From Utricularia gibba (lineage: Eukaryota; Plantae; Magnoliophyta): a stretch of 64,000 nucleotides of DNA. A model generated the notes under the pieces. That model had not been told where the DNA came from. It did no database searches and saw only the letters and a list, made by a program, of their open reading frames with translations. The DNA lies in assembly GCA_002189035.1 (NCBI GenBank), contig NEEC01000017.1, positions 806,001 to 870,000 of the forward strand, in the 5' to 3' direction. Of the stretch, positions 23,157 to 35,079 are shown piece after piece (positions within the stretch are counted from its first letter, which is position 1; every line of letters begins with the position of its first letter). The position numbers were made by a program, and so were the translations under genes.

Positions 23157-26061
23157 ATGGAAGGTTGTCACTCGCTCCCCAACACTGAGCTCTCGCCCAG
23201 GGAAGTTCCCGTTTTCCACCCTCCGGATCAGGTGGCTGACGCCGCCGTGGGATCGACTTCAGGCGCCAAGTATCGCTTGATGTCTCCCGCCAAGCTCCCG
23301 ATCTCTAGGTCGGCTTGCATTACCATTCCTCCTGGGCTCAGCCCCACAGCTTTTCTAGACTCGCCCGTGCTTCTGTCTGACATAAAGGTTGCATTTCTGC
23401 TGTTTCTTTTGTAAGAGGGGTACTTGTTTACATTTTGTCTGCTTATTTTCTTTTAGTTTTAGTTTTGTTTACAGCAGGGGGGGAGGTGTCTGGGCAGCGG
23501 AGTTCTTTGTTGTGGATAGTGGGGTTTCGATTCGGATCCGATATTGACTCGTTGTTCCGTGGCTGTCAACCTATCCTTTATGCTTGTGATGTCAATAACA
23601 TGAGACTGTTCTCCACCTAAAAAAGTGAAAGTGTGTGTTCAGATGCCTAGCCTGATTTCTCTTTTGTTTTGAAGGAAAACGATTTTTTCGACTTTGCTTA
23701 TGGCTTACCAGGCAGACTGGTAACTGAGTTCTGTTATTCGAGGATGCATTTAATAATGTTGGTTGGAACATGTTTGTTTGGGAATTGCCTTATGCTCCTC
23801 TAGATAATTGTGTTGATGTGGATTTGATCTCTAGTTACTTTCTCATCATTTTTTTGCTCTGAAAATTTATGGGTGTCTGAGCACTGCAAATTTGGGTCTT
23901 GGGACCATTAGATTCTGATGCTTGCATTCGGCCTTTGAGAATATTTTCAAGGGCAGAGCTGTAAGCGGATAAGGATGTCAATTTGATATGCCATCCTTTT
24001 CTGATAGAATCTTACTGCTGCACCTTTCTTATATAGTTAGTTAGTGAGATGATTTCATAGCAATCTAGTGCTAATGGAAAATGTATTAGTTCTAGTGTGT
24101 TTCCTCCCTGAAAATAATGTGCCTTTCTTCATTCTGCTGTTCATATGATTTCTTCCTTAGATATGCGTATTCATTGTCTAGTTGATGTTCATTATGCAGG
24201 CTGAGCCTTCTCCAACTACTGGTTCCTTTTTCAAGCCTCAGGCGATGCTAGGATCTGGTCAAAATGCTGCAGTTCCGCTAGAAAATCATTATCCAACCAG
24301 CAAAGATATCAATTCAGGATCTTCAAGCAGTTTTGAATTTAGATTTCACACTGGGGCTAGTTCCACATCAGGATCTGAATCCACTGGGGTGTCGGTAGAG
24401 CCATAGCACTTCATTTACATCCTGTTTTATTATGAATCTAGTTTTCTGTTTACTTTTCCTTGTTTATCCATTCTAACATCATGCTTATTCTTTTATGTTA
24501 CAGATTCCGCCTGGATTGGCTAAAATGCGGTCAACTAGCAATCAGGATCAATCTTATATGCATCCTCCTTCAGCGTCCTCTGCTCCAGCAGGTGAGGATG
24601 CACCCTTTTGCAAAGCCTCAGCTACTGATGAGTTTAGTCAGGAAGGGACATTGTCTAGAGGCATCCAAGCATCATCTTCTGATCACAAAGATGGGATATG
24701 GTCAGCTGGTGGCGACAGAACGTCAGATGATGGATATAACTGGAGGAAGTATGGACAGAAACTGGTCAAGGGAAGTGAATTTCCACGAAGCTATTACAAA
24801 TGCACTTTCCCAAACTGTGAGGTGAAAAAGATATTTGAACGCTCTCCAAGTGGCCAGATTACAGAGATTGTGTACAAGGGTTCACATGACCATCCAAAAC
24901 CGCAAGCTGCACGCCGACACAATTCTGGTGTAGTTGTGCCTGCTCATGAGGATAAAATGAACAAGGTCCTCCCCCTTTCCGGTCATGAGGGTACTTTTCT
25001 ATGCTCTGTGCTAATTCTCACTTAATATTGCATAATTTTGACACATTGTCTGCTATTCAAATTATCTATGTCACTAAAAAAAGAAGCCTCATGTGTTGTT
25101 TATTGATTTACCAATTCTAGAGGTTCAAACTCGAGAATGTTATTGATGTTTATTTATTTTACTTTTCAAATAGACAAGTTCAACTCCAGCAATCTGGAGC
25201 AGAATGGCTCCCCTGGAGTCTCTCTTTTACAAGCAAATGAGGAAGGTTTGGAGGGTGCCGGATCACAACTTCCAGGTAGCACTGAAGATGCTCAGGAGGA
25301 TGATCCATTTATAAAGCGACGGTATGGCTTGCTTGCTTCATGATGCTCATTACCATGAACTTTCTCTTATTGGTGCTTGAGAAATCCACAACCAGGAAAC
25401 TGGAGGACTGCATGGATGTCACTCCAGTTGTTAAGCCAATCCGGGAACCGCGGGTGGTTGTTCAAACAGTCAGTGAGGTTGATATATTGGATGATGGATA
25501 CCGTTGGCGTAAGTATGGCCAGAAAGTTGTAAGAGGAAATCCAAATCCCAGGTATGCAATTCTTGATTCCACAAGATGCACTTGACAAGAGGAATCTTGA
25601 TCATTAGCGTTTGATATTTCCTTGCAATGTGCTTCAGGAGCTATTACAAGTGCACGAACTCTGGATGCCCAGTGAGAAAGCATGTGGAGAGGGCATCTCA
25701 TGACCCTAAAGCTGTGATAACTACTTACGAGGGCAAGCACAACCACGAAGTCCCAACTGCCAAAAGCAGCAACCACGACTTCCCTGGAAGTGCACCACCC
25801 CCATACGGCGGAGGTTCAAAGCTCAGCGCACAAGACCATGCTCCGATCAGCCTCGATCTCGGTGTTGGAATGAGAACCAGTGAGCCAGTGCAAGGTGCTG
25901 TGGAGTCTGTTCCCGCCCTGGCTGCGGTCCATGCCACACCAGAACCTGGTTGCTATGGCACTCTAACGAATACTTATGGAGTTCGAGAAAGCCCTGCTGT
26001 TCTTCCTTCTAACCAATGCCCACCAATGCAAACAGTTGGAAGAATACTTATGGGGCCTTAG
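23157..26061 (+). CDS. WRKY20: Group I WRKY transcription factor (WRKY20/SUSIBA2-like)
   Basis: Two WRKYGQK domains with C2H2 fingers; N-terminal [14 protein letters not shown]...PPGLSPT...[10 protein letters not shown] motifs; ends GRILMGP*; six exons. Confidence 0.9.
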
Positions 26062-27839
26062 ATATCCCTTCAACACTTGATCTAATGGTATGTATGCCCT
26101 CTGAGTTTACCTCCAAGTGAGAGGATCAATTGTATGCTTATCCTCACCAGTAGGCCCTCCAGGATACAGCAACACGACTCGCTCAATTTCCTTGTGTAAA
26201 TTATTCATTAGCTGCAACTTCATTCTGTACATTCTCGCTATGCTGGCTGATTGTTGCAGTGGAGTTTTCTTTTCTGGATATTCTGACATCAATGTTTCAC
26301 ATCAGGCTTTGCCTTAAAAGGGTTTTGGTGCTCTTCTAAAGGTCATACCTTTGAAGATGTTGTCTTTTTTGTTCACAGGTTTCGAGAACTAAACAAAGAC
26401 CAGAATTCATTCTATTACAACAAGCCACCAGCCTAACAAAATCACCATCTGGCTGTGGAATAACCAGCTACTTTTGCAGAATAAATTCATTGAGTCATCA
26501 AAATATTACAACAACGCTATTTTTACAGACAACCACTGAAGTAACAACTTGTTTTTCTATTGAACATCCATTGGATTCATGTTCATTGAAATAAAAAAAC
26601 ACATACTCTCTTATCCCTTTTTATTTGTGATCATGGTATAGGAGCAAATTATGAATCCAAAGTGATTATCATGTCCAATTTTGCTGCTTGACACCATGAC
26701 GGAGGAAGCCTTGCGTCGAGTGGTTGTATTAGAAACCACTTATGTAATCTGAGATACATTAAAATCAACCAATATGAGGGATTCTCAATGGCAAGAATTT
26801 TCACTTCGAAGCCGAACATATTATCCATTTTATACAATTTACTTTTGGAAAAATCATTTTAGAATTGATTTTATGAGAATTGAAAATTATGATAAAATGA
26901 GAATTGATATATATTTAGAAATATATTTTTAGAATGATTATTATAAAATGAATTCATATTTGAAATATAAAGCATGATAATTTATTTAAATAAGAAAATA
27001 ATATATTTATTCATATTTATTAATAATTATATTTAAAAATTCATAATTTAAAATTATAAATATATAATTTATATTACAAAAAAATTATATAATTTTTATT
27101 AATTTAATTTAAATATATTTATATTAAAATCATAATTTAAAAATTAATATAATTAAATTAGTTATAAAAAATTATTATAATTGTAATTTCAATTTTAGCA
27201 TTATTTCTTGAAAATCAATTCTTATAAAAAAAAACTATCATTACATACATATAAGTGAATTTATCCTCAAAAATTAATTCCTGAAGAATAGAATTTAATA
27301 TATATTTAGAAGACCGTTATTCGGTTATCGGTTCAATTCAATTTTATTTCAATTAGCCTCAGCATCCATCATGTGGCCGGATCGCCATCTCCCATTACAA
27401 ACGGAGGTTGTCTGTCATCTCGGCCCCTTCCGTACTTATGAGGGGTACAATCGTCAATTCCCATCCATCCATCCATGGAATCCCCTCCGCCGAATCTCCG
27501 CATAGTCTTCACAACCTTACGTCCACGTTTCACTAACCAGTTGTCGAGTCATCTTCTCTCAAAGCAAAGAAACGGACAAATTTTGTCCTCTGTAGCTAAT
27601 CATTTACCCACGGAATTTCTTACTATTTTGATCTTCATTAGCGCACGTGGCCTAATTATATATAGACAAGGGTGTGAGATTACACTAATTATTATTATTT
27701 TTTGAAATTTCGAAAACCGAAACTCACCCGAAATCAAATTTAAATTCAAGACAAATGTTACATGCCGGTTATTTTAAGCTTGGAGGGTGGGGGATGGGGA
27801 TGGGGATGGGGATGCGGGAAACCGAGCACTTGATTCCAT

Positions 27840-28762
27840 CTAAATCACATAATGAGACCACTGGGAATGTGATGTCTGGTCCATGGTTAAGCTGGGGATG
27901 GTCTGCAGCTTCCCTCCCAGCAGTCTCGCCGGGTTCCCCACCGCCGTCGTTCTTGCCGGAATGGGCTTCAACACGACGGACCCTGCGCCCACCTTAGCTC
28001 CGTCTCCGATGGTTATGTTCCCCAGGACGCAAGTCCCTGCGCCGATGAGCACACCGTCGCCGATCTTGGGATGCCTGTCTCCGGCTTCTTTTCCGGTGCC
28101 ACCCAGGGTCACGTTATGCAGGATCGCCACGTTGTTTCCGATGACGGCCGTCTCTCCGATGACTACGCCGGTGGCATGATCAAGCAGAATACCTCTACCT
28201 ATTCTTGCACCGGGATGAATGTCCACTGCGAATACCTCAGAGGCCCTGTTCTGCAGCAGTAAAGCAAGAACTTTCCTTCCATTGCGCCATAGATGATTAG
28301 CAATTCTATATGCTTGACAGGCTAGAAATCCCTTGTAATGCAGGAAACAATGAACATAGCTGATGCAGGCGGGATCCCTTTCTCTAGCCATCCTCAAATC
28401 ATCAGCAACAGCTCCCATGATCTCACGATTTTCGTCAAGAACATTGATGAACACATCATACAGGCTTTCAGAACACAAACTGGCACCGCTCAACTTCATG
28501 GCAAGATAATTTGCTAAAGAGGACTCCATAGATTCATGAGATAGAATTGAACTGACGTAATACTGGGATAACACAGGCTCGATATCGGCATCTGACCTTG
28601 CTTCAGCTCTAATCATCTTCCACAAATCATCAACTTTCGCATCAGCATCATTTGAAACAGGGAATGGAAACTGGGCCTGCAGTAGGTCACAAACCCAGTT
28701 AGCACAAGCTCATCTAGCTTGGGATTCGGCTGAGGAACCTCTGTTCTTGCACAAACCGCCAT
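27840..28762 (-). CDS. SERAT2: Serine O-acetyltransferase, SERAT2 (organellar) type, frameshifted N-terminus as sequenced
   Basis: Full SAT core with hexapeptide repeats (VDIHPGARIG, LLDHATGVVIGETAVIG, TLGGTGK) and C-terminal IPSLTMDQTS..WSHYVI; upstream MAVCA...FVTYCRPSF leader lies one base out of frame. Confidence 0.9.
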
Positions 28763-29499
28763 GAAAAGGGAACTGGGGTACCAAAAACAAGCCCAAACCA
28801 GATGAAAAAAAAGCCGCAGCTTGAGCAGGGAAACCAGGAGCCGCAAGTATATATAGACCAAATAATCTGAGTCGAAGATGATGCTTGTCTGATGTGGGTA
28901 GAAGCAGAAAAAAGAAAAAGCACCCGAACACTCAATCAAGCCCTTCATAATCCGAAAGGACCAAAACCCACGATCATGGGCGGGACCAGCTAGCCCATGT
29001 TTTGTTTTATTTCCCGCTTGTAGTTTCCTTCACTTTTTTCAAACGCGTGCGTTGCAGACGTATGTAACTCAATGGAGATTGCTCGTCGCACTCCATTAGC
29101 GGGTCCCCGGAACCGGAGAAACAATTATAGCCTTGCAGAAGGCGACGATGAGGAAACAATCATGAAAAAGGGGAAGAGAACACGTCCAAAAGAGCACACA
29201 TCCATTTCTTTTTTAATCGAAAAAGCGAGTCTTCCATTCTGGATTTACGTCATCTGGTTAATGTTTAAACAAGCTAAGCAGACCATAAAAAACAAGCACC
29301 CTGATTAGTGCACAAGTAGAGCATCGCCATCGCAGCCTACTCATACTGTCTCATAACCTTATCTCTGTTCATGTTGTAGTGTTGGAAGCTGTGTAGGAGA
29401 TGAGGCGTTTTATAGTAGAAAAAAACAAGCCCAAAATACAAATACTCAACACCTTTCCTAGTTTTTTTTTTGTGGTGAAAGAGGAAGGTTGGGGTGAGG

Positions 29500-30564
29500 C
29501 TAAAGCTTGACCTCAACATCGACGCCGGCGGGGAGATCAAGCTGCATCAAGGAGTCGATTGTCTGGGCGGTCGGGTGGAGAATGTCGATGAGTCGTTGAT
29601 GGGTTCTGATCTCAAAATGGAATCTTGCATCCTTGTGGACATGGGGAGATTTAAGAACACAGTATATCCTCTTTTTTGTTGGCAGTGGAACAGGTCCCAT
29701 GAACTTGGCGTTGGTAGTCCTCGCAGCATCCATTATCTGCTTGCAGGAGTCCTCGATTAGAGGCACCCAGTAAGATCTTAACTTGATCCGAATCTTCTGC
29801 TTCGGTGCAGCCTGAGAAAAGAAAGGAATGCAACTCATTTCATCATAACAGTGCAAGGGGAATGAGGACCATTGAGGTTTCTCCTTCATATTCGAGTTCA
29901 TCTGTAATGCTACACTAACGAACGACACATAATGTGCTATACGATAAAAAAGACTGCTTGCCGAAGCCCACTGTCTTCATTTTCTAGGATCAACAGCGAG
30001 GAATCAAAATACCAAGATCTCTCAACTACGAGAACGCAACATGAAACTACAATGTGACCAGGTTTACTTGAAAAAGCAACTACCCGGGAGCAGATAGAAT
30101 GAATTCCTTATAAGCCTACACGAGTCAAATTTTCCAAAAGAAACTTGCTTCGTAGGAGCTTATCTTCATCTTGACACATCTACATTCTACACTCAAAAGT
30201 TCTTTACAAAGTAAAATGTAACACAAAAGAAACGAAATTTACCACTTCGGAATCCGCCCCCAAACTTATCGTTGAAACCGAAGAGTCCTCACCGCCCTTC
30301 ATACAAAAAAGAACCCCATTAGAACAAATCAAGCTAGAAGCACTCTAGTTTTAGGAGGAATAAAACCTCAACGGATACGGATTCGACATTGGCATCCAAC
30401 ACCCGAGGTGGAGCAAAGGTCCTTGGCGTGGTCTGCGGATACGATTTCAAACTTCCAAAATTGATAGCAGAAAACGAAATCCTGTTCCTTGCAGATACGT
30501 TCGAAGAAGTGCTTAACGGAAAAACTACGGCCGCCGGAGAAGTAGATGAAATCGAAACCATCAT
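29500..30564 (-). CDS. PRPS10: Nucleus-encoded plastid 30S ribosomal protein S10 (uS10c)
   Basis: Ser-rich transit peptide exon 30564-30367, micro-exon about 30299-30243, exon 29811-29500 (KIRIKLRSY...GPVPLPTKKRIYCVLKSPHVHKDARFHFEIRTHQRLIDI...LPAGVDVEVKL*). Confidence 0.93.
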
Positions 30565-31114
30565 TGCTTCCAGCTTCTCTATCCAGACCTCCGGAATCCT
30601 ATCTTCAACTCGCGGTTATCCATTTCTCGCGTCCGCAGAGGTTGGGCCAAGCTTTCGATTATGGGCCGGACAACGACCCAATTTAAACTTACCATATTTA
30701 AAAATATTTTCAATATTATTTTTATTTTTTAAAAAGTAAAAAGTAGAATTAGAATTTTTTTGAAGAAATAAAAACATATATGTCTGTTTTGAAAAAGTTG
30801 CAATAAGAGAGATATGGAGGTTGAGGATGAAAAACATTTTCAAGAATTTAATCGTAAAAATAGAAATGAAAAAACAAAATTAATTGTTTTATTATTTCTA
30901 TCTCTTTTTCATTTTTAATTATATTTAAAAATTATTTGTATCAAAAATATAAATAGAAATAAAAAATATTTTATGTAAAATTATTTTTAATAAAAACAAA
31001 AATAAAAATAACATTAAAAAATTTCCTAGAATTAGTAATTTCTAATTATGCTTCATACTCGTAATAAAACGACCGTACGTCGTCACCATCCTCAGATCAC
31101 ATACAAGAAACGGT

Positions 31115-32354
31115 TCATGTGTCCCATATCATGACAATTGCTATAACAGCAACCCCACACAAGACAGCCAAAAACCTGTAGCTCTGAGTGTCCACAGGCA
31201 CAGGCACACTCTTCTGAGGTTTATACCCTTTGGTTATCAGATGGTTGATGCAGACGTACACAAAAACTCCAGAGGCCAATCCCATGGATATTGCATAGAT
31301 CCAGTCTGCAACTCTTCCCTGCGCAGTAGCATCGATGATGATGCCGATGGCCACACCCAGTGGGCTGGAGATGGCGAACAGGAAGGCGTACACTGCACAG
31401 GAGAGCAGGGGGCGGTTTGGGATCATTCTGAGGAGGGCGATTCCCATTGCAACGGCTGCAAATATCTTGTGCAAGCAAACGGTCCACAGGGTTCGCCACG
31501 CAGCTTCCTTGGTCTCAGCTACTCCGATTGCGATTCCTTCGAAAATGGAGTGGAAGCAGAGGGCTGCGATGAGGAGGATGCTGTCACCAACGGAAGTTGC
31601 AGTTGAAAGAGAAGCAGCTCCGTGATGAGATTCTTCTGTTGGATCATCCTGAAAACATGAATGGTCTTCACAGTGGGAAAGAGCAAGTTTTCATCATGTG
31701 TAAATGGAATGTTCGGTCTCTTTTACCTTGAAGCTTGGAGGTGATTTGTTTTCAGGATGAGGAGCAGCTGCTGCTGCAATAACAAGAGGAATATCTCTCA
31801 ATGCAGTTTAAATGTAAATTGCGAAGAAAACAGAGCATGCCAGCAGATAGCCTCAACACACCAAAAAAGGATGTAATCTTGAACTGAAAATCTGGGAACA
31901 AACCTTCAACAGAAGAAGGCCCATTTTGAGAACCGGTTCCATGCTTGTTATAAACACGAGAAACAGTGCAATCAGCAAACATAGTCATCAGATATCCAGC
32001 GCAGGCAAGCATGAAAGCAAAAGGGTAATCCACGCTCGTTAGATCATCGAATGTCGCATTCGAGTCATCTAGGAAATGCATCAAAGAGGTCCCTAAAAAC
32101 ACGCCGCCGGCGAACTGGGTACCGAGAACCAAAAACCCCTCGTTCCATTTCATGAAGTACGGCGACATCCCTCCGGCGAAAGTAGCAACAAACACGATAA
32201 TTAAACACCATATTTTCACCAGTACCAAGGCTGGGGACCTGAGATTGGGCTTCCCCGCCGGAGAAACGGAGCCGGAGTCGGAATCAACGCCGTACGCAGT
32301 GACGGAGAGGACGAGGAGGAGAACCAAAGCCAGCAACATACGGGCTTCCCCCAT
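31115..32354 (-). CDS. ZIP11: ZIP-family zinc/metal transporter (ZIP11/ZIP2 clade)
   Basis: Signal peptide; [41 protein letters not shown] motifs; ends VMIWDT*; exons 32354-31904, 31773-31727, 31648-31115. Confidence 0.88.
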
Positions 32355-32674
32355 CTGGGTCTCGGAAAATTTGCGCAATCACAGCACAACTACTTGAGTT
32401 TGTTGTCTTCTTGGTGGGAGGAGGAACCCATTTTGAAGCATAGCTAAAAAAGAGGCGACTCCGGCATTGAAGTACTCGCCATGCTGGTGAACTGTATTCC
32501 GAGTTCGGAAAATGCTCTTTTTTCTGACGTACTAATAACGCAATACACTACAGTACTGATCATGACAGATATAACCAGTGAAAAGACTCATTCTCATGAG
32601 AAGTACGACGCAACAGAAAAAATGGTCAAACTCAGTGCCATTAAAGAATCCGGATTCCGCAAGGATGGGGATGC

Positions 32675-34850
32675 CTAGCGCCTCCAGAAAGGGCCTTGCC
32701 TGTTTTCTTGCATTCGCCTGTAGAAAAGGAGATGGGTTAGTTCTCTGTGAATGGAGGTATCAAATTGTTCTTGCATTCGCCCGTAGAGATGGATGTGTTT
32801 AATGCAGGTTTTGCAGTTCAAAATAAGCATAAACCTTTCAAGCCCCTTCGACCTCTGAATGAACTCCTTGGCTATGTCTTGCCCTTGATACGAAGCTATA
32901 ACGGCTCGAATATCAGCTTGTGGGTGTTTTGCGACAACTGCAATGACCATTGTTGAGTTGGAGTTTAGACAAAAAACTTCACGACTCAATCTCAACAAAT
33001 TGGGTAAATATGAAATTTCAGGGGGCTCACATTCCAGGAATGGGATGAGATCTAATAGTGCGGTGTCATCGATGTCGCCTTGCCATGCTTTGATTTCAAT
33101 GGAATTTTCAGGTTGAAGGCTGCTCTCTAAGGCATGACCACTAATGTAAATGATTCTTTTTGGGTCACGGTTCAACTTTGAAAGATCCTGTAGATGGATT
33201 AGGGCGGGTTTTAAGTGACAAAAGTTGATATATATGTAAAGATAAATTCCCACAGAAATGTACCCTGTAATGCTTGCCATTAATATATCTTGTTGCTCCT
33301 CGTGCAAGCCTATAACGAATGCTGTGTTTCGTATCCAATTTCTCGATAATGGGATCAACATACTGCAGTTGGAAGAGCATGATTGAATATTTCATAGAGA
33401 AAGTGGGAAGGCTAAACTAGTTAATGAGAAAAAAAAAAGAGTATGCCTTTATTCAAATGAAGAACTTACCATATTTAATTGATCCGAATATATTACAATC
33501 TCATAAATCTGACCTAACTGCTCAAGGAAGGCGTCCACGCCAGGCCTTTTGAAAGTTCTCCACCCTCTCTCTCGCTTTATAAACACAAGTACATATTCAG
33601 CATGACAAACGTATACCATGATAAGAGAAATGGCATGACCGTTGCATGATAAGAATTTAGATGAGGTTACATACCTTCCAGTCAGAAAATACTAGCGTTT
33701 CATTCAGATCGAGCACAAGGGTAAATACAAACTGTTTTTCCACAGGATGCAAATCAGGAAGAAGTTTATCTGATGTTGGTTCAGTGAACTCCTGCAACAA
33801 ATAAATGGGAAAAAAGTCATGCTGTAATTACATGATTACAAAAAATATAACTAACTGCATGAAAGTTGAATAATTATCACTCACAAGGACTTTTTCTTCT
33901 GTAAGCCTTCTCGTTTGTAAATACAGTTCCACCAATTTTGCGGGCACTGCATCATGAATAGGACTTGAATAATGATAAACGCCAAATTATACGCAGGATA
34001 ATTGCATAAAAATGGAAGCAGTAAACTCAATCAGTTCTCAATTGCAATGTTTTAAGAAAAATATTTATACCTGTTAATGCACCAAAAGTTGTATAAGCCT
34101 TAAATTTCTGCAATGACAGCAAGAAAACAATGCCTATTTTTAACATCTCAATAAACAAAAACATAGATGCTCAATCATAATAAGGCATCAGAATCTATTA
34201 AGCTTTCAACATCGTAGTTCGAATGACATAGGTAAAGGGAGAAAAAAACGTACGCCAAAAAGTTTATATTACAAGAGACTAACATACATATCAAAATTAA
34301 GTGCAAGGGTGCTGTCAAACGCACATCAAACGGAGATGCATCATCACCAATTGTCAGCTTAGCAGCACGAAGTTCCTTTGTCATCTCATCTATTTCGTTG
34401 GATGAATATGCTGCAAAAGCCACTATGTTAACTTCCATCCAGATGCAGAAAAACAATGTACAACTTCCACCCAAATCTTCTAGCAAGAAAGCGTCATTAA
34501 AGACAAAAAAACCGCTTATTCACGTTAAAGTTCAAACACCAGTCACTAACTATTATAATCGTTGAAGGAGAAGGCAAAAAACCAAGTTTGTAAATACCGT
34601 ATGTAGCATATCCACCAGCACAAACACCACCAGTCAGCGCTGCAATAACGCCATACTTCAAAAACCTCCAGGGACTCTTCCCTGAGCGATCATCAGATAT
34701 CGACGGCGGACCATCTGGCGGCGGAGGGGGGTTATTAATAATCGATGAAGATAGAATAGTTTCTCGTGAAGGCTCAGAACAAAATCTCCGGCCACCGGAC
34801 CTCGATAATACAGAGAACAGCCGGGAACTTGATCGAATTAACGTGGACAT
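32675..34850 (-). CDS. TIM50: Mitochondrial import inner membrane translocase subunit TIM50
   Basis: Arg/Ser-rich presequence, TM segment ([22 protein letters not shown]), FCP1-like exons [40 protein letters not shown]; ends FWRR*. Confidence 0.92.
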
Positions 34851-35079
34851 TTACGAGATCGCTGAGACTTTGGTGTGTTGGCAGCTGCAATTCGCAGGGT
34901 TTTACGCCAACGGGAAGTTGAAAGAAACTGAGGTTGGAGCCCAGATACAACATTATAATGACGCAAATACCCTCGCTTGTTATGATGGGCTTGGGCTCAA
35001 TCAGATCGAGCCCAAGTATATTATATTATGAGCAAGTCCGGAATGCGACACCCCCAGGGAACTGCTGCTGGTCCCCGGG
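34851..35079. promoter_or_regulatory. 229-bp bidirectional promoter between TIM50 and the cysteine-synthase-like gene
   Basis: Head-to-head ATGs at 34850 (-) and 35080 (+); site II motifs AGCCCA 34938, TGGGCT 34986 and 34992, AGCCCA 35009. Confidence 0.75.

Noticed and set aside
26107-26292. 61-aa minus-strand ORF (MMSEYPEKK...)
   Set aside because: It falls antisense within the WRKY 3'UTR intron, has no recognisable motif, and its length is compatible with chance.
29500-30564. rps10 as a plastid DNA insertion (NUPT)
   Set aside because: It has spliceosomal introns and a transit peptide, so it is an ordinary nuclear gene.
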